A DNA stretch of 64,000 nucleotides from Candidatus Poribacteria bacterium (lineage in GTDB: Bacteria > Poribacteria > WGA-4E > PCPOR2b), in assembly GCA_965208675.1 (NCBI GenBank), contig OZ242351.1, forward strand, positions 800,001 through 864,000, in the 5' to 3' direction. This document shows positions 30,101 to 39,507 of the stretch, piece after piece. Every line of letters starts with the position of its first letter. The first letter of the stretch is position 1. The notes beneath the pieces are model-generated. The model worked only from the letters and a program-made list of their open reading frames with translations, was not told where the DNA came from and did no database searches. The position numbers and the translations under genes are program-made.

Positions 30101-33100
30101 GTCAAAGTAGTACAAAAGCAGAGCAGCGGTCCCATTTCGCCGGTACTGTCGCAGATTCCTTGGATAAAAAAGGAAGGTGTGTCCGGTTCTGCCGAGATAA
30201 TCATCCAAGAACACAACCTGCAGACAGATTCCCAGACGGGCGCCGGTACAATTCAGTTGACGCTAAACACTGGAGGTGTTTTTACAGTCCGTGCCCATGG
30301 AGTAGATCGGTTCGGACAACCCGTCGTCGGCTCAAGCCGTGTCACCATATCCGATGAGGATGATGACACCAAACTCCGCATTTTCGCCGATCGTTCGAAA
30401 ACACAGGTCGGCGCTTCCGAAAGGCTTCGCATTCACTCGCGATTGAAACCCGTTCACACACTAATCACGTATGAAGGTGAAATTGTTATTGGATATGAAG
30501 TACGCTTGCTGAAAACGGGAAAAAATCGGCTTCAGTTCACAATCGGGCACCAACACTTCCCGGATTTTTACATTGGTGTGGCGGCAATTGACGATCGAAT
30601 CCTACACACCGCAAGGAAACGCTTCACCGTCGAAAGGCAACTAAATTTATCCGTGACTTGGATGGATAGCAATCCGATTCACGGCTCCAATCAGACTCTT
30701 CCCGGCTATCTGCCCGGTGACGATGCGAAAATCCAAGTCCGCGCTACCGATCAACTTGGTCAGCCGGTCAAGGCTGAATTTTCTCTCGCGCTCGTGGACG
30801 AAGCCCTGTTCGCCGTCTACAAAGATGGCGTCATGAACATTAACGATTTCTTCCAGAAAGGACTCCGACGCCATGCATCCATGCGCACTGCTTCAAGCTG
30901 CGCCTTTCTTTACGCTCCCGACACACGTCACGTCATTAAGGAAATACTTGCAGAGGAACAACGGCTTGAAAAAACCTTCGTCAGTGCTGCGAAGATGAGC
31001 GGCGCGGTTATTGTCGAGGATGACGATGACAATGTACGGAAGCGCATGCGCATGCGCAGACGCGTTCGCAAGCCAGTAATTAAAGATCTTCGCCCAGCAC
31101 TTGCTGAACCGAAAGTGCGGGAAGAATCCACCTACGCCGGTTTTTGGATTGGAACCTTCATCACGGACGATGCGGGTTTGGCAACGTTAACCGTCCCGAT
31201 GCCAGAAAAGACGACGAAATGGCGGCTGACTGCGCGTGGATCCACCGTTGATACACTCGTTGGACAAGTCAGTGTGAACGCCATTACGCGGAAAGATTTC
31301 TTCCTCGACGTTCGCACCCCGGCATTTGTTACCGAAGGTGATGAGATTCGATTAGGTATCCGACTCCATAATATCACCGACTATAGTGGAGAAGCCGACG
31401 TTCAACTCAAGCTGTCAATTGGCGAATCGCAGCCGGTGTACCGAGACCACAAAAGAACTACGATTACTGCCAAAGACACGGCAGAGCTAATCTTCGACAG
31501 GTTCACCATTCCCGCTGGAAACCTGCACGCTGACCCACATCCAAGCCAACTCACCATTGAAGCGACGGCAACTGCGGGTTCATTGAGTGATGGAGTTCGG
31601 CGCACAATTCCGATTCGTCCGTGGGGGCTGGAATACACCGATACCCAGAGCGGAACGGCGGCTAGCAACAGAACCGTTTACGTCCAACTCTCGTCTGATT
31701 TACACTACACGCAGAAGGGACTCACTATCAATATTGGTCCGAGTGTCTCGCGGCTAATCTATGATCTCGCTCTCAACCACTATCCCCGACCATACCAGAG
31801 TGGGTCTATCAGACGTCCCGTCATCATACCCAGTGATTCTGGCAGCGACCTACTTGCTGTGGCGTCCGCTCTCGACTATCAAAAAAAGGTGGGCGACAAT
31901 CCAACCGATAATCGCAGCTTGCTCGCGCGCGCACGGACGCTCGTCAGCCGACTCGTAACAACACAAAATGACGACGGCGGGTGGAGTCTGGTTCGAGGCA
32001 CGGCGGCGAGCAACGACCGTGTAACAGCCCGCAACCTGTGGGCGCTGACAGCGACACGCGACAGTGGCGTGGCAGTTGACGACCAAGCCATTGCCAACGC
32101 CGCGAACTACCTCAAGACAGCTTTCGCTCAGACCAACAAAAACGGCGAAGACACAAAGGCGTCAATCCTTTATTCCCTCTCAACGCTAGATGACCTGGAT
32201 TTCGCGCGCGCAAACCGCCTGTATCGGCGCCGGAATCAGATGAGCAATGTTTCGTTGGCGTACGCTGCACTGGTCTTTGTCAATCTCAACCGCTTAGAAA
32301 TTGCAGACGAGATACTTGAAATATTGGAACGCCGCGGCCTGTTGCCCGATGAAGAGAGAAACTCGACGATTGTCAGCTCGCACACAGGCCACGGTCAAGT
32401 CGAGACTGTCGCTTTGGCGCTGTTAAGCATGCAAGCAGTCCGCCCAAGTTCAGCGTGGGTAAACGATGCGGTGGAATACCTAATTGGTCAGCGCCGTTAC
32501 TACGGCTATTCGGCGTACGCCGCTAAAGGTGCTGTCGTCGCCGCACTAGCAACCTACTATCAAACGACGCAACATGCGGCAGATGACTACAGACTAAGCC
32601 TGCTCGTGAACGGTGAACCGCTCGAAACAATTGCAGTTCAGAGGGATTCCGTTAACCGTCTAATTCACGTGCCAACCGCGCAAATTCTCGACGGACAGAA
32701 CCGCGTCGAGATGCAAATCGAAGGGCAGGGGACTTATACGTACCTTGTTACAATCAGCGGGTTTTCTCCAGACGTGCCGAACTGGGTCGGCGCTGAACCG
32801 GAGACTAACGGCAGTTTGAAAAACACACGAATTAACCGCCGCTACCTTCACCCACCGCTTGAATATCGGGGCAAACCCATCGGCGCGCGGAGCACGACAG
32901 GGATTACTCAATTGGAAGCCGGCGCAAAGATGGAAGTCTCTGTCAACATCGTGTATGGCATTGGCGCACTCACGCCCGACCACCATTCTAAGGGCAGGTA
33001 CGTTGTTGTAGATGAATTTTTCCCCGCCGGGACAACGGTCGTTGACGGTACAGTTAATGGCGATTTTCAACACTACGATGTCGGAGACGGTGTAATCCGT

Positions 33101-34966
33101 TTCTACTATGGGCCCCGCGCTACCTTTAGGGACTACAGCTATCAGCTAGTCAGCTATGCGCCCGGCGATTACCGCGTCCCCCCAACTGTAATGCGCGGCG
33201 TTCAAAGCCGCGATAATATGCGGCTGGGACCGGCGGCTTCGCTTACCGTGCTAGGACCAAGCGAAAAATCCAAAGACACCTATGAGATGAATAACGCAGA
33301 AAACTTTGCACTAGGGAAAGCGTATTTCGACGACGCAAATTATGGCGATGCGCGTCCATTGCTTGAAACGCTATCCAAAGACAGCCCAAAATTCAACGCG
33401 AAAGAGGCCGCGAAGATGCTTTTGTGGATTTACACGACAGAAGAACATTACAGTGCGAGGCACGTCGTCCAAGCATTTGAGGGTTCTCGCGACCACTATC
33501 CAGATCTCGAAATCCCTATTGACAGGATTCAGGTAGTCAGCTCAGCATACCGTGATATTGGAGAATTTGAACGCGCAACCATGGTTCATCGCTCCGCAAT
33601 CGAATCCAGCTTTGCTCGGGACACGAATGTTAGCACAGCTCTTCAGGACAATGGTGAATTCTTACGTTCGATCGAATTCATTGAAGATTTGTGGCGTGAA
33701 TACCCCGACACCCCTACTACCATTCACGCTTACTTCGCAATCGCACAGTCTCTCTATGCGAGTAAAGATGCCGCGGATGGAAGCGCCAAACCAGCGCCCA
33801 AAATTCAAACCCTTAATCGAACGGTAAAGATACTCACTCAGTTCCTGACGCTGTACCCTACGAATCCGCTCGCAGACGACGCCGCGTTTTCGCTCGCGAA
33901 CGCATATATGGACCTGGAGGATTTTCAGAATGTGGTGAAACTTTGCCGCTTGAATCAGGCGTACCGCCCGGACAGTGTGCTGCTGAGCAGTTTTCAATAC
34001 CTGAAAGCGCTCGGGCTCTTTGCACTGAACGAATATGATGAAGCCATTAAGGCAGCGACGCTCGTGGCATCAAGTGAAAGCGAAGACTGTGATTTTGCGC
34101 GGTACATCGTCGGGCAGATTTACCATGCGCAGGGCAAAACGAAACAGGCGATTGACTGGTACAGGCGAGTCAGGCAAATCTACCCCGATGCGGATGAATC
34201 CATCGCTCATTTTGAAGCACAGCAGATTTCCATTCCCGAAGTCACAATTAAGCGCCCGAATTTTGACGTGGTGTTGACGTTAAAGCATCGAAACATCTTA
34301 TCGGCAGAAATTCAGGTATACCGAATTGATTTGATGAATCTCTTTCTGCGTGAAAAAGATCTCAGCCGTGTAACTCAAGTACATTTAGCGGGTATAGAAC
34401 CGGAAATCAGCCAAACCGTTAATTTTGGTGACGCTAAAGATTTCATAGAGGCAACCCGAGACATTTCGTTACCCATTACAGACGAGGGGGCATACCTCGT
34501 CATCTGCCGCGGCGGCAATCTGTCCGCGAGCGGTTTAATTTTGATTACGCCGTTGGAGATTGAGGTACAGGAGGGCGCGGAGAGCGGCCGTGTACGTGTC
34601 GTTGTGCAGGACGCACTTTCAGGCAAATATCAACCGAGAGTCCATGTCAAAGCGGTAGGCTCCACAGGCGGGCGATTTATCTCAGGCGAAACAGATTTCC
34701 GCGGCATTTTCATCGCCGACGGTTTACACGGTACGACAACTGTCATCGCGCGTGACGGTATGAATCGTTATGCGTTCCATCGCGGCAATTTGTGGCTTGG
34801 CGCCCCACCCTCCGATTCAGAATCGCCCCCCAGCCCAAGGGCAGCAACGGACTATCGTCAGCATCTTGATCGCAAGAATCAGGAAATCCAAGCGGCAAAC
34901 GTTGAAGGGTTTGACCGTTTGCGTCGAGCACCCCGCGACGGAGTCCAGCTCCAGCACGCTTATTAA
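27113..34966 (+). CDS. Giant TPR-containing alpha-2-macroglobulin family protein
   Basis: Signal peptide; N- and C-terminal TPR arrays; MG2 YIYTDRPAYRPGE, SLALVDEAL, MPEKTTKWRLTARG, QNDDGGW; TTG start after AAGGAGG. Confidence 0.9.
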   Translation: MKKFVLIVLAALAFPQVNSTQSTTDHSALEPIQSALQSKRFKDAVHLIDTALTTAENQRDYLLYLKGLALFYNGDYRGAIETCVQFIQDHPDSTWLRKATFLQAQCHLKLKEFKQAEAIYSKEVSRLLSSRRKSEIAQIYIQLAETFAHKPDDADLDARQPNYQKAYELYQKVLALEVDRNLRKTATFQLGRMMQLQEKYAQAVVDYEAYLTQFDPNFQRPAALPMPSKKSKTPDGRRYQAHYHLAECQIALNQHLQARLTLENILKPAEFETKELQPLIKNARFLLTRTYHFPNPKSNKELELGVQSARRFQEQFPRDPRSMTLAHEIGEAYRMRHRSEEALAAYQDVIDGKGFKVTQKKRQFSNPNNQDYHHLRMSSAFQIGSILFKQRKYNNAIEAWNRYIREFPNGPEWTDAQQGIVKAEFQIAVSLLAGEKYEEAVRAFDTFQAKHPLDERVRQIMFIYGQIHAHKSEHQLAITEWEKLVSKFPNTEESSLALFRIGQTYELPLGDLENALESYRRLTWGSWHARAQEVIRQMTEKHLQLVTPRTFRTNEPTHVQVSLRNIESLTVNLYKLNLEAYWRKMYDVNGVEDLDLDLIEPNKTWQYSVPNYEKYKSLECNINIPFAGPGVYAVQLGDESLESTTLLIRSDIETITKTSRREVLVFVQNMLNGEVVADAKVLVSDGSSVIFEGRTGADGVLHATEPDISDFALVENQLKDASQVAVFVVKGGHVAADGLDISGLGFSKGLTPRGYIYTDRPAYRPGERVSMRGIIRDVSNGAYVVPDGAPCNVSVIDARGRQIHKEEVKLSQFGGFVTQLQLDNAAAVGEYRIRVAEFDPDAKLEISSHTFTGNFQVQRFQLEKVQLLLDFPRSVYFRGEQVNATFTARYYYGQPVKHAKIQYKLPDGRSYTETADNQGKLQVNFDTTSMQPGKPLHFSGTVPGENASVKTSVTLAHLGYSISVQPDAKLVLSGEPFDVTLHTKGADGHPVGEKLTVKVVQKQSSGPISPVLSQIPWIKKEGVSGSAEIIIQEHNLQTDSQTGAGTIQLTLNTGGVFTVRAHGVDRFGQPVVGSSRVTISDEDDDTKLRIFADRSKTQVGASERLRIHSRLKPVHTLITYEGEIVIGYEVRLLKTGKNRLQFTIGHQHFPDFYIGVAAIDDRILHTARKRFTVERQLNLSVTWMDSNPIHGSNQTLPGYLPGDDAKIQVRATDQLGQPVKAEFSLALVDEALFAVYKDGVMNINDFFQKGLRRHASMRTASSCAFLYAPDTRHVIKEILAEEQRLEKTFVSAAKMSGAVIVEDDDDNVRKRMRMRRRVRKPVIKDLRPALAEPKVREESTYAGFWIGTFITDDAGLATLTVPMPEKTTKWRLTARGSTVDTLVGQVSVNAITRKDFFLDVRTPAFVTEGDEIRLGIRLHNITDYSGEADVQLKLSIGESQPVYRDHKRTTITAKDTAELIFDRFTIPAGNLHADPHPSQLTIEATATAGSLSDGVRRTIPIRPWGLEYTDTQSGTAASNRTVYVQLSSDLHYTQKGLTINIGPSVSRLIYDLALNHYPRPYQSGSIRRPVIIPSDSGSDLLAVASALDYQKKVGDNPTDNRSLLARARTLVSRLVTTQNDDGGWSLVRGTAASNDRVTARNLWALTATRDSGVAVDDQAIANAANYLKTAFAQTNKNGEDTKASILYSLSTLDDLDFARANRLYRRRNQMSNVSLAYAALVFVNLNRLEIADEILEILERRGLLPDEERNSTIVSSHTGHGQVETVALALLSMQAVRPSSAWVNDAVEYLIGQRRYYGYSAYAAKGAVVAALATYYQTTQHAADDYRLSLLVNGEPLETIAVQRDSVNRLIHVPTAQILDGQNRVEMQIEGQGTYTYLVTISGFSPDVPNWVGAEPETNGSLKNTRINRRYLHPPLEYRGKPIGARSTTGITQLEAGAKMEVSVNIVYGIGALTPDHHSKGRYVVVDEFFPAGTTVVDGTVNGDFQHYDVGDGVIRFYYGPRATFRDYSYQLVSYAPGDYRVPPTVMRGVQSRDNMRLGPAASLTVLGPSEKSKDTYEMNNAENFALGKAYFDDANYGDARPLLETLSKDSPKFNAKEAAKMLLWIYTTEEHYSARHVVQAFEGSRDHYPDLEIPIDRIQVVSSAYRDIGEFERATMVHRSAIESSFARDTNVSTALQDNGEFLRSIEFIEDLWREYPDTPTTIHAYFAIAQSLYASKDAADGSAKPAPKIQTLNRTVKILTQFLTLYPTNPLADDAAFSLANAYMDLEDFQNVVKLCRLNQAYRPDSVLLSSFQYLKALGLFALNEYDEAIKAATLVASSESEDCDFARYIVGQIYHAQGKTKQAIDWYRRVRQIYPDADESIAHFEAQQISIPEVTIKRPNFDVVLTLKHRNILSAEIQVYRIDLMNLFLREKDLSRVTQVHLAGIEPEISQTVNFGDAKDFIEATRDISLPITDEGAYLVICRGGNLSASGLILITPLEIEVQEGAESGRVRVVVQDALSGKYQPRVHVKAVGSTGGRFISGETDFRGIFIADGLHGTTTVIARDGMNRYAFHRGNLWLGAPPSDSESPPSPRAATDYRQHLDRKNQEIQAANVEGFDRLRRAPRDGVQLQHAY

Positions 34967-35183
34967 GCGCGGCCATGTGGTATACCCCAACCGTCCCGCT
35001 TAGTTTACCACCACCACCCCGTTATTTACCCTACGCTCGCTTACCAATTCTAAACCAATATGGTGTTCTTCACGCAAAAAAAATTCGCCTTTGCGGGAAC
35101 ATCCGTAGAGAATTCGCGTCTTAATAATCAAATGTGAATTTCGAGATAATCGGCATTCCAAGACTTAACACCGGGAGATTTCA

Positions 35184-38030
35184 GTGGCGCAGAGTGATGC
35201 CGAACTCATAAAGCGTACGTTGGACGGCGATGATAACGCATTCGGCTTTTTGGTGGAAAAATACAAGGGCGCCGTACACGCCCTCGCTTACCGGAAAATC
35301 GGTGATTTTCACATCGCTGAGGACATTACGCAAGACACTTTCCTCAAGGCATACCAGAAACTTTCTACGCTGAAGCGTCACGAAAACTTTTCTGGATGGT
35401 TATATGTGATTGCGGCACGGTGCTGCATCTCCTGGCTTCGAGAGAATCAAAACCCAATGCAATCCCTTGAGCAGGTAGGTGCGGCGCAGGTCGAAGCATC
35501 CGCAGAAAGGGAATATTCGGACGATCGGGTGCGTAAGCGACTCCGCGATGCGCTGGAAAACCTACCTGAAAGCGACCGAACCGTTTTGACGCTGCACTAC
35601 CTTGGCGGGATGACCTACGAGGAGGTGAGCCGTTTCATCGGCGCCTCAACGAGCGCAGTCAAGAACCGTCTCTATCGGGCACGGCACCATTTGAAGGAGG
35701 AGTTAATTAAAATGATACATCAGACTTGGGGGACTCTCCAACTTCCACCAACTTTCACGCAGCAGTTGGTCGAAAAAATCTACCGTCTCAATCCAGCTCC
35801 AGCACCGGGCAGCAAGCCGCAGGCTCCATGGATCGCCGCGGTAACACTTGGCGCGGCGACGCTTGTTGTTTTGGTAGGCATGTTATCCACATCGGAATTT
35901 CAGCAACCCTATTCTCTCAACCCGTCTACGCCGGTTGAGATAGTCGAATTGACGGATGCGCCAATAGTTGAGACCTACTTGCCGAAACCGTCAATTTACG
36001 GTCACTCCGGGGGAGATGGAAATCCTGTTTTGGCTGTCACATCGGGAAGCGGTGATACGGTAGATAAACCGCGAGGTAGCATTACCGGACGTGTCACCTA
36101 CGCAGATTCTGGGAAGCCCGCCGCGAACGTACCCATTCGTGCTGCAGGCATCCAGCCGGGTATCGGAGATGCGCACGCGCACACGGGTGCAGATGGAACG
36201 TATGTTTTGGAGAATGTTCTCGTTGGACCATACGTTGTCATGATCGGCGACACCTGGGAATGGCATGAAACTTTTGATTGGCGGGCGCCGGCTAATGAAG
36301 GAATCCATGTCGAACCAGACAGCATCTCGACGGGTGTTGATTTTTCATTAACACCGGGAGGATTCGTAGAAGGCAAGATAACGGACGGCGACACAGGCGA
36401 ACCTGTCGCGGGCATACAGATCCAGGTTTACGATGCCGCGCATCCACCGAGTCAAGGCATGGGACATTGGCTCAACACCGACACCGATGGACGTTATCGA
36501 TTCCGTGTGGCACCTGGAAAAGTGGGCATTCATGTCGGTTCAATCAATACCAAAATACCATATTACATTAAATTACCCGGAGGTGAATTTTACGGGGAAG
36601 TCGTAGAGGGTGAGACGCTTTCTGATATCGACTTTGTATGCTTCCGTGGGTATAGCATACACGGTACGGTGCGTACAGCGGACAATCAGCCGGTAACGGG
36701 CGCATCCGTCCGGGCGCATATCATTCCCATTATGGGTTTAATTGAATTGCCGAATCACGCGTCGACTGATGAGCAAGGAAGATTCACATTGAAAGGCATT
36801 CCAGTAAACGAAGAAACAGAGCAGTTAGTTATCATTGCGGAACATGACAATCTCCACGGCAGAGCGAATTGGTCGAAGGAACAGGCTGATGCCGTTGAAA
36901 TTACGCTTATTCCCCGACCTACCGCTATCATCGCGGGTCAAGCAATCGACGAGCAGGGAAGTCCAATTTCCCATGCCGGAATTGGGTTGAGTTGGGAGGA
37001 GGGATTCGCAGGCACAGCCACTACTGCGCCCGATTCATCTGTTGCAGAATCTGATTCTGATGGAAATTTCACCGTCGGTCCAACATTCTCGTTTGGTAAA
37101 TCATGGTTGGAAGTCGGTGGAAAATATCAGATTCATGCCACGGCCGCCGAATATGGAAGGACTTCTTCCGAATGGTTTACTTTGCAAGAAGGCGATCATA
37201 TCGTTCCCGACCTCGTTTTGCCCAAGGCAGAATACTTCATTGCCGGGCAGGTGGTCGACTGGCAGGGTCAGCCTGTCGGCGGCGCAACCGTTTTCGCTGA
37301 AGGAACTCGTACAGCAGTAAACGGCGTCTCCGATCGTGACGGGAGATTCAATCTGAAAAATATTGCTGATAGTCGAATTCGAGTGTATGCTTTTCATCAA
37401 GGTCCCGACTGTTCTGATACAGATGCCGAATTTGATGCAAATCGGGAGGATGTGCGCGTTATATTGGCACCGAATAAACCCATGATTAGTGATGCTGCAG
37501 GTAATAGTATCCGATTCGACCCTTTTCCGTACCCGCTTGAAGGTAAGCAGGCACCCGAACTGAAAATCTATAGCCGGCACAGTTGGTTGAACTCCGAACC
37601 CATTGAGCTGAATTCACTGCGCGGCAAAATTGCTGTCTTAAATTTTTGGTCGACCTATGTCAACCAAGAAAGTTGCGACCCTTGGCTTCCAGCGCTAAGT
37701 CGCATCCATGAGAAATACAGCGATAGGAGAGTAATTGTAATCGGCGTACATACGTCCGTCCATCAATTGGAGGGACATCCTCGCATTCAAGAAATTGAGA
37801 AATCGGTTACCCAGCGGGGGATAAAATACCCGATTGCTATTGATGTGGCAGGAGCTAACGCTAATGTTGACGTGAATGACTGGCCGAGTCAATTCGGTGC
37901 AACATTTAACGACTACCTGGTACGGTCCCTTCCAACTATCCTATTCGTCGACAAGGCGGGCAAAGTCAGAACACTCTTTCTCATCGGAGGTACCCTCGAC
38001 GAGAAAGTGAACGCGTTATTGAACGAGTAA
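35184..38030 (+). CDS. ECF sigma factor fused to TM helix, carboxypeptidase-regulatory-like repeats and TlpA-like thioredoxin domain
   Basis: AEDITQDTFLKAY, WLYVIA, LHYLGGMTYEEV..VKNRLYRAR; repeated GxITGRV..G.P modules; LRGKIAVLNFWST..VIGVH..PTILFVDKAG. Confidence 0.9.
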   Translation: MAQSDAELIKRTLDGDDNAFGFLVEKYKGAVHALAYRKIGDFHIAEDITQDTFLKAYQKLSTLKRHENFSGWLYVIAARCCISWLRENQNPMQSLEQVGAAQVEASAEREYSDDRVRKRLRDALENLPESDRTVLTLHYLGGMTYEEVSRFIGASTSAVKNRLYRARHHLKEELIKMIHQTWGTLQLPPTFTQQLVEKIYRLNPAPAPGSKPQAPWIAAVTLGAATLVVLVGMLSTSEFQQPYSLNPSTPVEIVELTDAPIVETYLPKPSIYGHSGGDGNPVLAVTSGSGDTVDKPRGSITGRVTYADSGKPAANVPIRAAGIQPGIGDAHAHTGADGTYVLENVLVGPYVVMIGDTWEWHETFDWRAPANEGIHVEPDSISTGVDFSLTPGGFVEGKITDGDTGEPVAGIQIQVYDAAHPPSQGMGHWLNTDTDGRYRFRVAPGKVGIHVGSINTKIPYYIKLPGGEFYGEVVEGETLSDIDFVCFRGYSIHGTVRTADNQPVTGASVRAHIIPIMGLIELPNHASTDEQGRFTLKGIPVNEETEQLVIIAEHDNLHGRANWSKEQADAVEITLIPRPTAIIAGQAIDEQGSPISHAGIGLSWEEGFAGTATTAPDSSVAESDSDGNFTVGPTFSFGKSWLEVGGKYQIHATAAEYGRTSSEWFTLQEGDHIVPDLVLPKAEYFIAGQVVDWQGQPVGGATVFAEGTRTAVNGVSDRDGRFNLKNIADSRIRVYAFHQGPDCSDTDAEFDANREDVRVILAPNKPMISDAAGNSIRFDPFPYPLEGKQAPELKIYSRHSWLNSEPIELNSLRGKIAVLNFWSTYVNQESCDPWLPALSRIHEKYSDRRVIVIGVHTSVHQLEGHPRIQEIEKSVTQRGIKYPIAIDVAGANANVDVNDWPSQFGATFNDYLVRSLPTILFVDKAGKVRTLFLIGGTLDEKVNALLNE

Positions 38031-38177
38031 CCTATATATCCCTGTTCTCTTACTCAGCGCTATCGCGCCAAGATTCTCCCCCTAGTCAACGGTGAATAAG
38101 AGGGGGTCGCCGTCTTCCGGAAAAGCTCTCGAAGGTTGGGTGGCGCCAACGGCGAAATGCAATCTACAAACATTTGT

Positions 38178-38258
38178 AACCTCCCCTAACCCCTCCTTAG
38201 TAAGGAGGAGAATTGCAATAAAATCCTCTCCCTTGCCAAGGGAGGGCGAGAGGGGGTT
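38178..38258. repeat. REP-like inverted doublet of palindromic units
   Basis: AACCTCCCCTAACCCCTCCTTAGTAAGGAGG ... CTCCCTTGCCAAGGGAGGGCGAGAGGGGGTT between convergent genes. Confidence 0.65.
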
Positions 38259-38266
38259 TATACGGG

Positions 38267-38638
38267 TCATAACTGAATGCCAAGTTTCCGGCACCGCTTG
38301 CGAATCTTTTTTATTGCCCCGCCAACCTGTTTCCCGTTCCGTGTAACACCAAAAAGGTGTTGACTCACAACCCGCCGCCGAATCCCAAGCATATTTCCAA
38401 TCTCCTCCTGCGTCTTCCCCTCATAAAAGTAGAGTTGGACACACCGCGCCTGCTGGTACGTCAGTTCGTTTCCGATAATATGGCGAATTTGCTGCAAGAC
38501 CCGCTGCTGTTTGGCGCGATATTCGCTCGTATGTGCATCGACTGCTGATTGATACGGAAGATATTCTTCTGTGCTGAACTGCTCAAAATACTCTGGCGGA
38601 ACCGGAACTTCCCAAAAGTCCGGATTGAATTTTAGCAT
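38267..38638 (-). CDS. Small sigma70 region-4-like helix-turn-helix protein
   Basis: LTYQQARCVQLYFYEGKTQEEIGNMLGIRRRVVSQH. Confidence 0.8.
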   Translation of the reverse strand: MLKFNPDFWEVPVPPEYFEQFSTEEYLPYQSAVDAHTSEYRAKQQRVLQQIRHIIGNELTYQQARCVQLYFYEGKTQEEIGNMLGIRRRVVSQHLFGVTRNGKQVGGAIKKIRKRCRKLGIQL

Positions 38639-38879
38639 AGATCATTTCTCCTATAGTAGCCGCAAGTTACCCGCAATGCGGCAGGGTGCCTATGCCGTAT
38701 TCAATACCAACTCAGAGATAAAATCCCTTAACGGTAAATTCGGAGGACAAGGCACCACAGCCTTAGACAAGAAAAGTCAGTGTGAATTACCGACCCTTTC
38801 AAGGTTGTCATTCTGTTCCTCCTTTCCTTCTAATGGTGTTTCAATAGGTTGAGTAAAGCGAGAGAATAGATTAAACTAT

Positions 38880-38914
38880 TTACTCTTTACTCATTACGCA
38901 TTACTCATTACTCT
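38880..38914. repeat. Heptamer tandem repeat (TTACTCW/TTACGCA) x5
   Basis: TTACTCT TTACTCA TTACGCA TTACTCA TTACTCT. Confidence 0.7.
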
Positions 38915-39192
38915 GCATCTTCCGAATCGTTCGAGTCTTCCGGCGGAGTTACGCCAATCCACGGATTCAGACGTGAGTGGTGAATAACCCAGTAGACAGC
39001 CGCGACAAATAATCCGCCAAGAATCGCCGCAAGAGACCAAACGACTGGCGGCACGAGAATCGGTTTGCGGGGCAATCTCTTTGCATCTAGATACACTGCC
39101 ACACCAAAACACCCGTGCACGATTGCGGTGAGAAGTACGATAAGGATTGAGATTCCGGACACAGATTTCACCCAAAACTCCATGGCTTCCAT
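38908..39192 (-). CDS. Small hypothetical membrane protein
   Basis: Two TM segments; AVYLDA..W.LA.ILGGLF..AVYWVIHHSRL; start at 39192 chosen from RBS. Confidence 0.7.
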   Translation of the reverse strand: MEAMEFWVKSVSGISILIVLLTAIVHGCFGVAVYLDAKRLPRKPILVPPVVWSLAAILGGLFVAAVYWVIHHSRLNPWIGVTPPEDSNDSEDAE

Positions 39193-39507
39193 GACATCCA
39201 CCTTCACTCTCCTTTTTCTGCTCCACCCCATGAGCGCAACGCTAAAAGATCACGCTCCGCATAGTAAATTGTCGAAATGTAAACGACGACCCCTCGACTA
39301 TACACAAGTTCGGATGCACTTTTGAATGCCTTGTGTGAATAAAATGACGCTACTACGCTCCTAGACAACAAAATTCAACATCCAACTGAAGCATTATAGC
39401 CGTGCGTTGCACTGAATTCAAGCAAAAACTCTCCGGACGAAAACGAGCAGCTGCAAAATATTGCTTTCATGTGATACAATAAATCCCCGATCGAACAGGG
39501 TGTTCTG

